Source: an uncultured Eubacteriales bacterium (GTDB taxonomy: Bacteria > Bacillota > Clostridia > Lachnospirales > Lachnospiraceae). From it: a stretch of DNA of 64,000 nt. The DNA lies in NCBI GenBank assembly GCA_949286525.1, contig CASECT010000046.1, positions 1,255 to 65,254 of the forward strand, written 5' to 3'. A program made the position numbers and the translations under genes. This document shows positions 53,819 to 63,593 of this stretch, piece by piece (the first letter of the stretch is position 1; every line of letters begins with the position of its first letter). The notes below the pieces were generated by a model. It did not search any database. It was not told where the DNA came from and was given only the letters and a program-made list of their open reading frames with translations.

Positions 53819-55918
53819 CTAACGCACACTGTAGAGGATTTCTCCGTAGGTAGGATAAGGCCAGATCCTTCCGGGCACGAGGGTCTCGAGCTCATCCACA
53901 ACCTCACGCAGCTTACCCATATCCTCGAAGATCACATCGCGATTGTACTTCGCCAGATCGTAGACATCCGCATAAACGCTCTCTTTTTCCACATCTTCCT
54001 CCAGCTTTTTCAGGCTCGAAGCCAGAGCGGAGGTCAGATCGGACGCCTTTACCAGCATCGCCTCCTCTGTCTCGCTGCTGATGGAGGTAAGCGCCGCCTT
54101 CTTGGCACTGATGGTTTCAGCCAGGGAACGCTGATAGCTGCAGGCAGCCCCCATGATATCATTCTTTACCATGGAAATCATGGTCAGCGCCTCGATATTC
54201 AGAGTCTTGTAGTAATTCTCCAGCAGGATATCGTAGCGAGCCATCATCTCGGACTCGGTGTAGACTCCGTTTGCAGTAAACAGATCGACAGATTTCTTCG
54301 ACACGAATACCGGCAGCGCGTCCACAGTGGAGCTCAGGTTGGACAGACCGCGGCGCTTTGCCTCCTCGATCCACTCCTCGCCGTAGCCGTTTCCGTTGAA
54401 GATGATCCGCTTATGGGCCTTGATCTCCCGGCGCAGAAGTTCTGTCAGCGCCTGATCAAAGTCCTCCACGCCCTCCAGTTCATCCGCAAACTGGCGCAGA
54501 CTTTCCGCCACAATCGTATTGAGTACCACATTTGGTCCGGAAATGGAAGCTGCGGAACCCAGGGAACGGAACTCGAATTTGTTTCCGGTAAAGGCGAAGG
54601 GCGATGTCCGGTTCCGGTCGGTGGTATCCTTGGGAATATGGGGCAGGACAATCGCTCCGATGGACATCAGAGTCTTCTCCTTATCGTGGTAATCCAGTCC
54701 CTTCTCGATGGACTCCAGAACCTCCGTCATCTCGTCTCCCAGGAAAATGGAGATGATCGCAGGCGGCGCCTCATTGGCTCCCAGACGATGATCGTTTCCG
54801 GCGCTGGCCACAGATACGCGCAGCAGCTCCTGATAATCGTCCACCGCCTTGATAACCGCCGTCATAAACAGCAGGAACTGAGCGTTCTGGGAGGGTGTCG
54901 CCCCCGGCTCCAGCAGGTTGACGCCGGTGTCGGTGGAGATGGACCAGTTGTTGTGTTTACCGGATCCGTTGATACCTTCAAAGGGCTTCTCGTGAAGCAG
55001 GCAGGTCATTCCGTGCCTCTTTGCCACGGTCTTCATCATCTCCATGGTAAGCTGGTTGTGATCGGTCGCAATATTCGTAGTGGTAAATACCGGTGCCAAC
55101 TCGTGCTGGGCAGGCGCCACCTCATTGTGCTTGGTCTTGGCGTAGACGCCCAGTTTCCAGAGCTCCTCGTCCAGATCCTTCATATAGGCAGAAACCCTCG
55201 GATTGATGGTTCCGAAATAGTGATCCTCCAGCTCCTGCCCCTTTGGCGGTTTCGCGCCAAAGAGAGTTCTGCCTGTGTAGATCAGATCCGGGCGTTTCTC
55301 ATACATCTTCTCGTCGATCAGGAAATATTCCTGCTCCGGTCCCACAGTAGTGTTGACCCGTTTCACATCCTCGTTTCCGAACAAGCGCAGCACGCGCATG
55401 GCCTGTTTATCCAGAGCCTGCATGGAACGCAGCAGCGGCGTTTTCTTATCCAGCGCTTCCCCGCTGTAGGAACAGAAAGCTGTGGGGATACACAGGGTAT
55501 CATCCTTGATAAAAGCGTAAGCTGTGGGATCCCATGCCGTGTAGCCTCTGGCCTCAAAGGTGGCGCGCAGGCCGCCGGAGGGGAAACTGGAAGCGTCCGG
55601 CTCGCCCTTTACCAGTTCTTTCCCGGAAAATTCCATAATAACCTTTCCGCCGGGCTCAGGGGAAATGAAACTGTCATGTTTTTCCGCTGTAACGCCCGTC
55701 ATCGGCTGGAACCAGTGGGTGTAATGGGTTGCCCCCTTCTCCACCGCCCAGTCCTTCATGGCGGCCGCCACCACATTTGCCAGATCCAGCTGCAAATGCA
55801 GCCCCTCGTCCATGGTCTTGTGCAGCGCCTTGTAGATATCCTTCGGCAGGCGTTCCTTCATTACTTCATCATTGAAGACCATACTGCCAAACAGTTCCGG
55901 TACCTTCATTGTCATCAT
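53819..55918 (-). CDS. glnA: Glutamine synthetase type III
   Basis: 699 aa; [58 protein letters not shown]. Confidence 0.95.
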   Translation of the reverse strand: MMTMKVPELFGSMVFNDEVMKERLPKDIYKALHKTMDEGLHLQLDLANVVAAAMKDWAVEKGATHYTHWFQPMTGVTAEKHDSFISPEPGGKVIMEFSGKELVKGEPDASSFPSGGLRATFEARGYTAWDPTAYAFIKDDTLCIPTAFCSYSGEALDKKTPLLRSMQALDKQAMRVLRLFGNEDVKRVNTTVGPEQEYFLIDEKMYEKRPDLIYTGRTLFGAKPPKGQELEDHYFGTINPRVSAYMKDLDEELWKLGVYAKTKHNEVAPAQHELAPVFTTTNIATDHNQLTMEMMKTVAKRHGMTCLLHEKPFEGINGSGKHNNWSISTDTGVNLLEPGATPSQNAQFLLFMTAVIKAVDDYQELLRVSVASAGNDHRLGANEAPPAIISIFLGDEMTEVLESIEKGLDYHDKEKTLMSIGAIVLPHIPKDTTDRNRTSPFAFTGNKFEFRSLGSAASISGPNVVLNTIVAESLRQFADELEGVEDFDQALTELLRREIKAHKRIIFNGNGYGEEWIEEAKRRGLSNLSSTVDALPVFVSKKSVDLFTANGVYTESEMMARYDILLENYYKTLNIEALTMISMVKNDIMGAACSYQRSLAETISAKKAALTSISSETEEAMLVKASDLTSALASSLKKLEEDVEKESVYADVYDLAKYNRDVIFEDMGKLREVVDELETLVPGRIWPYPTYGEILYSVR

Positions 55919-55969
55919 CTTTTCCTCCTTTTTTCCCGCCCCGGAAATTTCCGGGGACTTTTTCCTATA

Positions 55970-57553
55970 TCAACAACCGCTCTGGCCGTAGTTCTTCAGA
56001 ACTCTGGCCGACGGGTCGTCAACATCGCAGTTCTCCCAGTTCCTGTTGGGCATCCAGAAATCTTTGATCATTTCTGCCTGGCCGGGATAATATTTTTCAA
56101 AGAGCTCCCGATACAGGAGAGACTCCTTGGTAAAGGGCTTCGCGCAGGTATATTTCGCCGCCTTCTCCTCAAACTCCTGATCCGTGTAAAGCCCCTCGGC
56201 GTATTCCTTGATGTAATCCACCATGGAATGGCCAACCGCGTCGGAGAACGCCGCCTTCTCCCGAAAGAGAATGTCGTGGGGAAGGTAATCTCCCTCCTCA
56301 AAGGCATGACGCAGCAGATATTTTCCCTTGTTGTATCGGTTCATCTTCAGTTCCGGATTCACGCTCATTACATAGGAAACAAAATCCAGATCCCCGAAGG
56401 GCACCCGGGCCTCCATGGAGTTTACCGAGATACAGCGGTCCGCCCGCAGCACATCGTACATATGCAGCTCACGCAGCCGCTTTTCCGCTTCCTGCTGAAA
56501 CTCTTCCGCGTTCGGGGCGAAGTCCGTATATTTGTATCCGAAGAGCTCGTCGGAGATCTCTCCCGTCAGAAGCACCCGGATATCTGTCTGCTCGTGGATG
56601 GCCTTGCAGACCAGATACATGCCCACGCTGGCGCGGATGGTGGTAATATCGTAGGTTCCCAGGATGCTGATCACGCGCTCCAGACTGTCCAGAACAATAT
56701 CCTTGTTGATGATGACTTCCTGATGATCGCTGTGCAGGTACTCCGCCACCTCCCGGGCGTACTTCAGATCGATGGCGTCCTCGCTCATGCCGATGGCGAA
56801 GGTACGGATCGGTTTTTTCAGAATTTTGCTGGAAATTGCGCACACCAGGGAACTGTCCAGCCCGCCGCTTAAGAGAAATCCCAGAGGCGCGTCCGCGTCC
56901 AGACGCTTCTCCACTCCGGCCACCAGCTTGTCATGAATTTTTCTGCATACCGTCTCCAGATCATCCTTCACATACTCCTGACGTGCCGCCAGATCCCGGT
57001 AGCAGACAAACTTTCCATCCGCATAATAATGTCCCGGCGGGAAGGGCATGATCTTGTCGCACAGACCGACCAGGTTTTTGGCCTCGCTGGCAAAGACGAT
57101 GGATCCCTTGCTGTCATATCCGTAGTGCAGCGGGCGGATTCCGATGGGATCTCGGGCCGCCACCAGATCGCCTCTTGCGCTGTCGTAGATGATACAGGCA
57201 AATTCCGCGTCCAGACGCCCGAACAGATCCAGTCCGTACTTCTCATACATGGGAAGAATGATTTCGCAGTCACTGTCACTGACAAAAGTATATCCCTCTC
57301 GCTCCAGATCCTCCTTCTCCCTGCGGAATCCATACAGTTCGCCGTTACAGATCACATAGTTTCCGTTTCTCTCAAAGGGCTGCATGCCGCTCTCCGTCAG
57401 TCCCATGATGGCCAGTCTCTGAAATCCCAGAACACAGTCCCCAACCTCGATTACTCTGCACATATCCGGTCCTCTGGAAGTGGTCGCCGCAAAATACTCC
57501 TCAAACTCCTCCATGGAAATATGTCGTTTTGAAAGACCCATTATTGAACACAT
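55970..57553 (-). CDS. asnB: Asparagine synthetase B (glutamine-hydrolysing)
   Basis: N-terminal Ntn Cys (MCSIMG), NGELY, LSGGLDSS, DELFGY, EARVPF. Confidence 0.95.
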   Translation of the reverse strand: MCSIMGLSKRHISMEEFEEYFAATTSRGPDMCRVIEVGDCVLGFQRLAIMGLTESGMQPFERNGNYVICNGELYGFRREKEDLEREGYTFVSDSDCEIILPMYEKYGLDLFGRLDAEFACIIYDSARGDLVAARDPIGIRPLHYGYDSKGSIVFASEAKNLVGLCDKIMPFPPGHYYADGKFVCYRDLAARQEYVKDDLETVCRKIHDKLVAGVEKRLDADAPLGFLLSGGLDSSLVCAISSKILKKPIRTFAIGMSEDAIDLKYAREVAEYLHSDHQEVIINKDIVLDSLERVISILGTYDITTIRASVGMYLVCKAIHEQTDIRVLLTGEISDELFGYKYTDFAPNAEEFQQEAEKRLRELHMYDVLRADRCISVNSMEARVPFGDLDFVSYVMSVNPELKMNRYNKGKYLLRHAFEEGDYLPHDILFREKAAFSDAVGHSMVDYIKEYAEGLYTDQEFEEKAAKYTCAKPFTKESLLYRELFEKYYPGQAEMIKDFWMPNRNWENCDVDDPSARVLKNYGQSGC

Positions 57554-57577
57554 GACACAATCACCTTTCTTTGTAAC

Positions 57578-57626
57578 AAAAAAGGCAAAGGCACCACAGA
57601 TATATCTTCTCTGTGGCGCCTTTGCC
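57578..57626 (-). promoter_or_regulatory. Leader attenuator: ANTAR-type hairpin overlapping an intrinsic terminator
   Basis: GGC-AAAGGC-GCC hexaloop hairpin is the 5' arm of GGCAAAGGCGCCACAGA...TCTGTGGTGCCTTTGCC-TTTTTT. Confidence 0.7.
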
Positions 57627-57641
57627 ATTAAAATTGAAATT

Positions 57642-57670
57642 ATCATATGACTTTTTCCGGAAAATGTCAA
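57642..57670 (-). promoter_or_regulatory. Sigma-A promoter of asnB-glnA
   Basis: TTGACA-17-TATGAT; spacer contains palindrome TTTTCCGGAAAA. Confidence 0.7.
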
Positions 57671-57674
57671 TCCC

Positions 57675-58025
57675 CTATTTTCCGTCTTTTTTATTTTCTT
57701 TCTCTTTCTCCTTCTTGCTCTCCACTGCGTCCTCGGGTTTCTCTACCGCCTGAATCGCAGCTTTCTGCATCGGGATACGACAATTTCTGTTGCTGCCGAA
57801 CTCAACAATTACGGTATCCTCCTGAATGTCGATAATGACACCGTAAAATCCGCTGGTAGTCATGATGGTATCTCCCACTGCCAGAGATGACATCATGGCA
57901 TTCTTCTTCTTCGTCTCCTTCTGCTGGGGACGGATCATGAAAAAGTACATAAAAGCAAACAATACAACGATCCACACGATCATCATGATCGAACCGCCCG
58001 ACTGTGCCGCAACTGCTCCTAACAT
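57675..58025 (-). CDS. yajC: Preprotein translocase subunit YajC
   Basis: TM then YFFMIRPQ, VGDTIMTTSGFYG; downstream of tgt. Confidence 0.92.
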   Translation of the reverse strand: MLGAVAAQSGGSIMMIVWIVVLFAFMYFFMIRPQQKETKKKNAMMSSLAVGDTIMTTSGFYGVIIDIQEDTVIVEFGSNRNCRIPMQKAAIQAVEKPEDAVESKKEKEKENKKDGK

Positions 58026-58150
58026 GTTATATTCCTCCTAAAATATACGTTTGCCGCTGGACAGCTTTGTCCGACAGCATCTTTTCTTATTTTACATAAA
58101 ATACCTGTCCCATGCAAGCCTTTTTAACAATCTTTTTCCGCATTATTACT

Positions 58151-58276
58151 ATTCACAGCCGATTCAGGGCTGCGGAGCAGTTACCCCACCCACATGAGCA
58201 GCCTTAGCTCCGTAAGGAGCGGGACTGAAGCCTCGAAGAGGCGACGGGTGCGAATGCGAGTGGGATGACTGTGAAT
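58151..58276. repeat. Dispersed structured repeat, copy B (full-length, REP/MITE-like)
   Basis: Terminal IR ATTCACAG/CTGTGAAT; imperfect inner IR CAGTTACCCCACCCACAT/ATGCGAGTGGGATGACTG; core homologous to 37432-37507. Confidence 0.8.
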
Positions 58277-58279
58277 GGC

Positions 58280-59434
58280 TTACTCCACGTTTCCTGCCGC
58301 CTCTTCTCCGGCTGCCATAGAGTCCAGCATCTCCCGCTTGAAAGCGGCAAACCTGCCCGCATCCAGCGCATCCCGGATACCCTCCATCAGATGATTGTAG
58401 AAATACAGGTTGTGCAGCACGCAAAGGCGCATACCCAGCATCTCCTTCGCCTTCAGCAAATGACGGATATAGGCCCTGGAATAAGTCCGGCAGGCAGGAC
58501 ACTGACACTCCTCCTCGATAGGGCGCATATCTCTCTCGAACTTCCGATTGAAAAGATTCAGCTTGCCATAGCGGGTATAGACATGGCCGTGGCGGCCGTT
58601 ACGGCTGGGGTAAACGCAGTCGAAGAAATCCACGCCCCGCTCCACACCCTCGAGAATATTCGCCGGTGTCCCCACTCCCATCAGATAGGTGGGCTTGTCC
58701 TTCGGCAGACAGGGAACGGTCTCGTCCAGAATATGATACATCTGCTCGTGAGTCTCCCCCACCGCCAGACCACCGATGGCATAGCCGTCCAGATCCATCT
58801 CCGTGATCCGCTTCGCGTGATCCTTTCGGATGTCCTCAAAGATCGCTCCCTGATTGATGGCGAACAGCAGCTGATGAGGATTGACGGTATCCTCCCTGCC
58901 GTTCAGTTCCCGTATCTTCGCCTTACACCGCGCCAGCCAGCGGGTAGTCCGTGCGACGGAATCCTCCACATAGCTGCGCTCCGCCACGCTGCTGGGACAC
59001 TCGTCAAAAGCCATGGCAATGGTGGATCCCAGATTGGACTGAATCTGTATACTCTCCTCCGGACCCATGAAAATTTTTCTACCGTCGATATGGGAGTGAA
59101 AGGTTACCCCCTCCTCCCGGATCCGCCTCAGTCCCGCCAGGGAAAACACCTGGAATCCTCCGGAGTCCGTCAGAATCGGCCGATCCCAGACCATGAACCG
59201 GTGCAGTCCGCCCAGCTCTTTGATCAGCTCGTCCCCGGTGCGCACGTGCAGATGATACGTGTTGGACAGCTCAATCTGTGTCCCGATCTCATGGAGATCA
59301 TCGGTGGAAACCGCTCCCTTGATAGCGCCCACCGTTCCCACATTCATAAAAACAGGCGTTTCCACCACGCCGTGAACCGAAGTAAAGCGGGCTCTCTTGG
59401 CCCGCCCCTCCGTCTTCAGTATCTCATATCCCAT
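58280..59434 (-). CDS. tgt: tRNA-guanine transglycosylase
   Basis: TPVFMNVGT, LTDSGGFQVFSL, DECP, GGLAVGE, DCVYP, CxCxxC Zn site. Confidence 0.97.
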   Translation of the reverse strand: MGYEILKTEGRAKRARFTSVHGVVETPVFMNVGTVGAIKGAVSTDDLHEIGTQIELSNTYHLHVRTGDELIKELGGLHRFMVWDRPILTDSGGFQVFSLAGLRRIREEGVTFHSHIDGRKIFMGPEESIQIQSNLGSTIAMAFDECPSSVAERSYVEDSVARTTRWLARCKAKIRELNGREDTVNPHQLLFAINQGAIFEDIRKDHAKRITEMDLDGYAIGGLAVGETHEQMYHILDETVPCLPKDKPTYLMGVGTPANILEGVERGVDFFDCVYPSRNGRHGHVYTRYGKLNLFNRKFERDMRPIEEECQCPACRTYSRAYIRHLLKAKEMLGMRLCVLHNLYFYNHLMEGIRDALDAGRFAAFKREMLDSMAAGEEAAGNVE

Positions 59435-59516
59435 TCCTGTGATATCTCCTTTTTATATTCCGGACCGATATTAGCGTCGGTGTACAACCGCCCCATATCC
59501 CCTGCGAAAGCTCTCC

Positions 59517-60614
59517 TCAGCATCCGACATACTTTCGGCGCAGATCCTCCATCCGGCATCCCAGATCCGTCAGCACACCGTCCAATATCGTGATAGCAGC
59601 CATGCTCTCCACCACTACCACCGCCCGGGGTACAATGACCGGATCGTGCCTCCCGTGAATTTCAATCTCCCGCTCCTGCCCATAAATATCCACCGTATGC
59701 TGAGGCTGACTGATGGATGGCGTCGGCTTGACGGCCGCCCGGAAAATGATCCGGCTGCCGTCGCTGATACCGCCCAGAATACCTCCCGCATGGTTGGTTT
59801 CCTTGGCCACCCGACCGTCTCTCACGACGAAGGGATCATTATTTCTGCTGCCGTTGCTCTTTGCCGCAGCAAATCCTTCTCCGATCTCAAAGCCCTTGAC
59901 AGCGCCAATGGAAAAGACGGCGCCGGCCAGGCGGGCGTCCAGTTTGTCGAACACCGGATCTCCGATCCCTGCGGGTACGCCGTCAATCCAGCACTCGACG
60001 ACGCCTCCTGCAGAGTCCTTATGTTTCATACACTCCTCCAGATAAGCCGCCGCCTCCGCCGCAGCACTGTTATCCGGCATATAAAGAGCATTTTCAAAGA
60101 TTTCCTCCACATTTGCCGACGCAGCTTCCACCGGTCCGATACTTCTGGTAAAGGTGGTAAAGGTAATTCCCAGCTCTCCCAGCGCCTTCGCCGCCACAGC
60201 CCCAGCCGCCACACGGCCGATGGTCTCCCTGCCGGAGGAACGTCCGCCGCCCCGGTAATCCCGGATACCGTATTTCTCCCGGTAGCTGAAATCCGCGTGT
60301 CCCGGCCGGAAAATCTCCGCAATGTTGGAATAGTCTCCGGATCTCTGGTCCTGGTTGCGCACCATCAGAGAGATCGGCGTCCCTGTGGTAACGCCCTCAA
60401 ACACGCCGGAAAGAATCTCCACCGTATCCCCCTCCCGCCTGGCCGTCGTATATTTTGACTGTCCGGGTTTTCTGCGGTTCATATACTTCTGGATATCCTC
60501 CTCTGTCAGCGCCACCCCGGCAGGGCAGCCGTCCACCACAACGCCCAGTCCCTTCCCGTGGGACTCGCCCCAGGTCGCTATGCGAAAATTGTTTCCAAAT
60601 GACGATCCGGCCAT
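59517..60614 (-). CDS. aroC: Chorismate synthase
   Basis: WGESHG, RPGHAD, GGGRSSGRET, KPTPSI, GRHDP. Confidence 0.97.
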   Translation of the reverse strand: MAGSSFGNNFRIATWGESHGKGLGVVVDGCPAGVALTEEDIQKYMNRRKPGQSKYTTARREGDTVEILSGVFEGVTTGTPISLMVRNQDQRSGDYSNIAEIFRPGHADFSYREKYGIRDYRGGGRSSGRETIGRVAAGAVAAKALGELGITFTTFTRSIGPVEAASANVEEIFENALYMPDNSAAAEAAAYLEECMKHKDSAGGVVECWIDGVPAGIGDPVFDKLDARLAGAVFSIGAVKGFEIGEGFAAAKSNGSRNNDPFVVRDGRVAKETNHAGGILGGISDGSRIIFRAAVKPTPSISQPQHTVDIYGQEREIEIHGRHDPVIVPRAVVVVESMAAITILDGVLTDLGCRMEDLRRKYVGC

Positions 60615-60645
60615 ATACTCCTCCTGTCTGTCTCTTCTGTTGCAC

Positions 60646-61695
60646 TCAGATCAACTTGTGAATCCGTATGCTGTTGGGTTTATCCACCTTGATGGGCGGA
60701 TTCTTCATCAGGCAGCATTTCTTTTCATGATCCACGCTGAAAGTGCGGATTTCGTTGGAATCGTGATTCAGAGATACCAGCGTCGTATCATCCGGCAGGA
60801 TGGCAATGCTCTTGGGATAATCGCCGCTGATTCTCGTGTTGCTCTCCAGTTCTACCGTGCCGTCCTCATTGACCTTAATGCAGGCCACCTCATTGAGACC
60901 GTCGATGGAAGCATAAAGATATTTGCCGGCATAGTCAAACTCCAGCGCGGAGCTTGACGCAATGGCATCATGGGTCTGCAGCACGCAGAGCTCCTGAAAT
61001 TTCTCGAATTCCGGGCCATCCTCCTTCAGCGCGTAAGTGTAAGCAGCCAGAACATTGTTGGCCTCCTCCAGCACATAGGCGAACCGTCCATCCTTTGAAA
61101 AACGGATTCTCCTGGGACAGGAATTGAAGGGACAGCGGAGAATGTCGTTGAGGATCAGTTTTCCCCGCTCATAGTCCACCTCATAGATCTTGATCTGGTG
61201 GAGCCCCCAATCCACCGCGCACAGATACTTTTCATCCGGCGTCAGTTCCGTGCAGGTAACCCGCGGGTCCAGCCGTTTTTCCACCGAACTCTTTCCGATG
61301 CCCTGATGAAAAATCCCGTCCGCGATGCTGCCGACGCTGCCGTCTTCATTGACGTTCATCATCGTTACCCTGCCGTCATGAAACCCGGCAAGAAACAGAT
61401 ACCGATCCTGGCTGTCAATGGAAACATAACAGGCGCGCATTCCGCCGATCCATTCCCGATTGATCTTTGTCAAATCCCCGTTTTCATCAATGGAGAAAGC
61501 AGAGACGCCTTCGTCCTCGATCGAATACAGAAACTTCCCGCTGTGAGCCACCACCACGTTGGAGGGATTGTTTATGGGCGCCACACTGCGTTCCGTCAAA
61601 TTTCCCTTCTCCATGTCGATGTCGTACACATGTATCCCCACGCTGTTCTCATGGGTGTAGGTTCCGACATACGCTACGTATCTCTCCTTTGCCAT
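60646..61695 (-). CDS. Lactonase-family beta-propeller (6-phosphogluconolactonase/cycloisomerase-like)
   Basis: YVGTYT, NPS, TPDEKYL..D.G, PRRI.FS.DG, YP.SI; the usual HxH motif is not evident. Confidence 0.8.
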   Translation of the reverse strand: MAKERYVAYVGTYTHENSVGIHVYDIDMEKGNLTERSVAPINNPSNVVVAHSGKFLYSIEDEGVSAFSIDENGDLTKINREWIGGMRACYVSIDSQDRYLFLAGFHDGRVTMMNVNEDGSVGSIADGIFHQGIGKSSVEKRLDPRVTCTELTPDEKYLCAVDWGLHQIKIYEVDYERGKLILNDILRCPFNSCPRRIRFSKDGRFAYVLEEANNVLAAYTYALKEDGPEFEKFQELCVLQTHDAIASSSALEFDYAGKYLYASIDGLNEVACIKVNEDGTVELESNTRISGDYPKSIAILPDDTTLVSLNHDSNEIRTFSVDHEKKCCLMKNPPIKVDKPNSIRIHKLI

Positions 61696-61698
61696 GAT

Positions 61699-62937
61699 CT
61701 ATTCCTCCTCTTTTCTTCTTAATATATCAAATGCGTCCAGCTCACAGCCCAGATCGATCCACAGCCTCTGTTTCGGATGGGGCGCCGCCTCCATCTCCTC
61801 CCCCGCGTCGTTTACGATCCTTTGCACTGTAACCGGAACATTCTCTCCCGAAGGTTTCATCACTTCAATCCGCTCTCCCACGGAAAACTTGTTTCTCTGC
61901 TCCGTCTCATACAACCCTCTCTCATCCCGGGATCCCACAATCCCCAGATATGTATATCCGCGGATATATGTGCTCTCTCCGTAAGTCTGAGCCTCAGCGG
62001 AAGGTTTGCCGAAGAAAAATCCGGTGGAGAACTGCCGGTAAGTACACCCCGCGATCTGCTCCCGATACCAGGGCATATTTCTGCGGTACAACTCCTCTGA
62101 CTGCAGACAGTCATCGATGGCTTTCCGGTAGGTTCTTGCCACCGTAGCCACATAGAGCGCCGTCTTCATTCTCCCCTCTATCTTAAAACTGTCAATCCCG
62201 GCGGACAAAAGTTCCGGGATGTGCTCAATCATGCACAGATCCTTTGAGTTAAACAGAAACGTCCCTCTCTCATTTTCATAAACCGGAAAATATTCTCCCG
62301 GTCTGGTCTCCTCCACCACCGCGTATTTCCAGCGGCAGGGATGGGTACAGGCTCCCTGGTTAGCGTCCTGACCTGTGAGGAAATTGCTCAGAAGACATCT
62401 CCCGGAATAGGCCATGCACATGGAACCGTGAATAAAAGTCTCGATCTCCATCTCCTCCGGTATATACTCACGGATCTGTCGGATTTCCTCCAGGGAAAGT
62501 TCCCTGGCGCTGACCACCCGTCTGGCTCCCTGTCCGTACCAGAATCGATAGGTCTCGTAATTGGTATTGTTAGCCTGGGTACTGATATGTATCTCCATAC
62601 CCGGGCACACTTCCCTTGCGATCATAAACACACCGGGGTCAGAAATAATCAGAGCGTCCGGCGCATCCGGCGCCATATCCTTCAACTGCGCAAAATATTC
62701 CCGCACTCCGGAAAGATCCCGGTTGTGTGCGAAAATATTTGCCGTCACATAGACCTTCACGCCTCGCTGATGAGCAAACGCGATACCCTCCCTCATCTGC
62801 TCCGGAGAAAAATTTTTCGCCTTTGCCCGCAGGCCAAAGGCTTCCCCTCCGATATACACCGCATCCGCGCCAAAGATAACCGCCACTTTCAAGACTTCCA
62901 GGCTGCTGGCCGGGACCAGCAATTCCACTTTTCTCAT
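61699..62937 (-). CDS. Peptidase U32-family protein (TrhP-like, tRNA U34 hydroxylation)
   Basis: ELLVPA, GADAVY, HISTQ, HGSMCMAYSGRCLLS, GACTHPCR, KIEGR. Confidence 0.9.
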   Translation of the reverse strand: MRKVELLVPASSLEVLKVAVIFGADAVYIGGEAFGLRAKAKNFSPEQMREGIAFAHQRGVKVYVTANIFAHNRDLSGVREYFAQLKDMAPDAPDALIISDPGVFMIAREVCPGMEIHISTQANNTNYETYRFWYGQGARRVVSARELSLEEIRQIREYIPEEMEIETFIHGSMCMAYSGRCLLSNFLTGQDANQGACTHPCRWKYAVVEETRPGEYFPVYENERGTFLFNSKDLCMIEHIPELLSAGIDSFKIEGRMKTALYVATVARTYRKAIDDCLQSEELYRRNMPWYREQIAGCTYRQFSTGFFFGKPSAEAQTYGESTYIRGYTYLGIVGSRDERGLYETEQRNKFSVGERIEVMKPSGENVPVTVQRIVNDAGEEMEAAPHPKQRLWIDLGCELDAFDILRRKEEE

Positions 62938-62938
62938 G

Positions 62939-63592
62939 CTATCCATCCTTCCCTTTGGCTGTACAGACCGCAAGACCGTCTCCCACCGGCAGCACCGTGC
63001 AGACCAGTTCTTCATCGTGGGCAAGGGTATACAAGTATTCCCGCATCCGCTTATGAATGGTACGATCCCTGCGTCTTACCGCGAACCTGGACTCCAGGAT
63101 ATCCCCTTCCTGCAGTACATTGTCTGTAATCAGAATGCCCCCTTCAGCCAGCAGCCGCTTGGCCTGGGGAAGCAATGAGGGGTACTGTCCCTTGGCCGCA
63201 TCCATAAAAATCATATCAAAAGGACCGGTAAGTTCCGGTAAAATTTCTGCGGCATCCCCCTCCAGCAGGGTAATCTGCTCTTGCCGGCCGGCCGCCGCAA
63301 AATTCTTTCTGGCCTCCGCGATTCTTCGCGCATTCTGCTCCACCGTCACAATACGGACAGGCGCGGGAGAACACCAGGCCATAAACAACGCGGAAAAGCC
63401 CACAGCGGTTCCAATCTCCAGAATCCGCCCGGGTCTTCTCTCAGCGAGAAGCCATCGGAGAAAGCTTCTGGTTCCCCGCCGGATGATGGGCACATGATCC
63501 GCCAGGGCTCTCTGTTCCAGCAAAAAGAGTTCTTCCGGAAGTTCCGGATCCATGCTGTTCAAAAAAGTCTCAAGCCGCTCGTCGCCAATCAT
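62939..63592 (-). CDS. O-methyltransferase (TrmR/YrrM-like)
   Basis: ILEIGTAVGFS, FDMIFMDAAKGQY, DNVL, VGDG; adjacent to U32 as in the B. subtilis yrrM-yrrNO locus. Confidence 0.85.
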   Translation of the reverse strand: MIGDERLETFLNSMDPELPEELFLLEQRALADHVPIIRRGTRSFLRWLLAERRPGRILEIGTAVGFSALFMAWCSPAPVRIVTVEQNARRIAEARKNFAAAGRQEQITLLEGDAAEILPELTGPFDMIFMDAAKGQYPSLLPQAKRLLAEGGILITDNVLQEGDILESRFAVRRRDRTIHKRMREYLYTLAHDEELVCTVLPVGDGLAVCTAKGKDG

Positions 63593-63593
63593 G

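Noticed and set aside
54413-56872. Long plus-strand ORFs (819 aa here; also 33145-35397, 47276-48721, 50475-51677 and others)
   Set aside because: Antisense shadows of well-identified genes, with no motifs or RBS
58280-59434. Tgt as a queuine-salvage or DNA-modifying (DpdA) variant
   Set aside because: DECP and GGLAVGE pocket residues and the tgt-yajC context match the canonical bacterial preQ1-inserting enzyme
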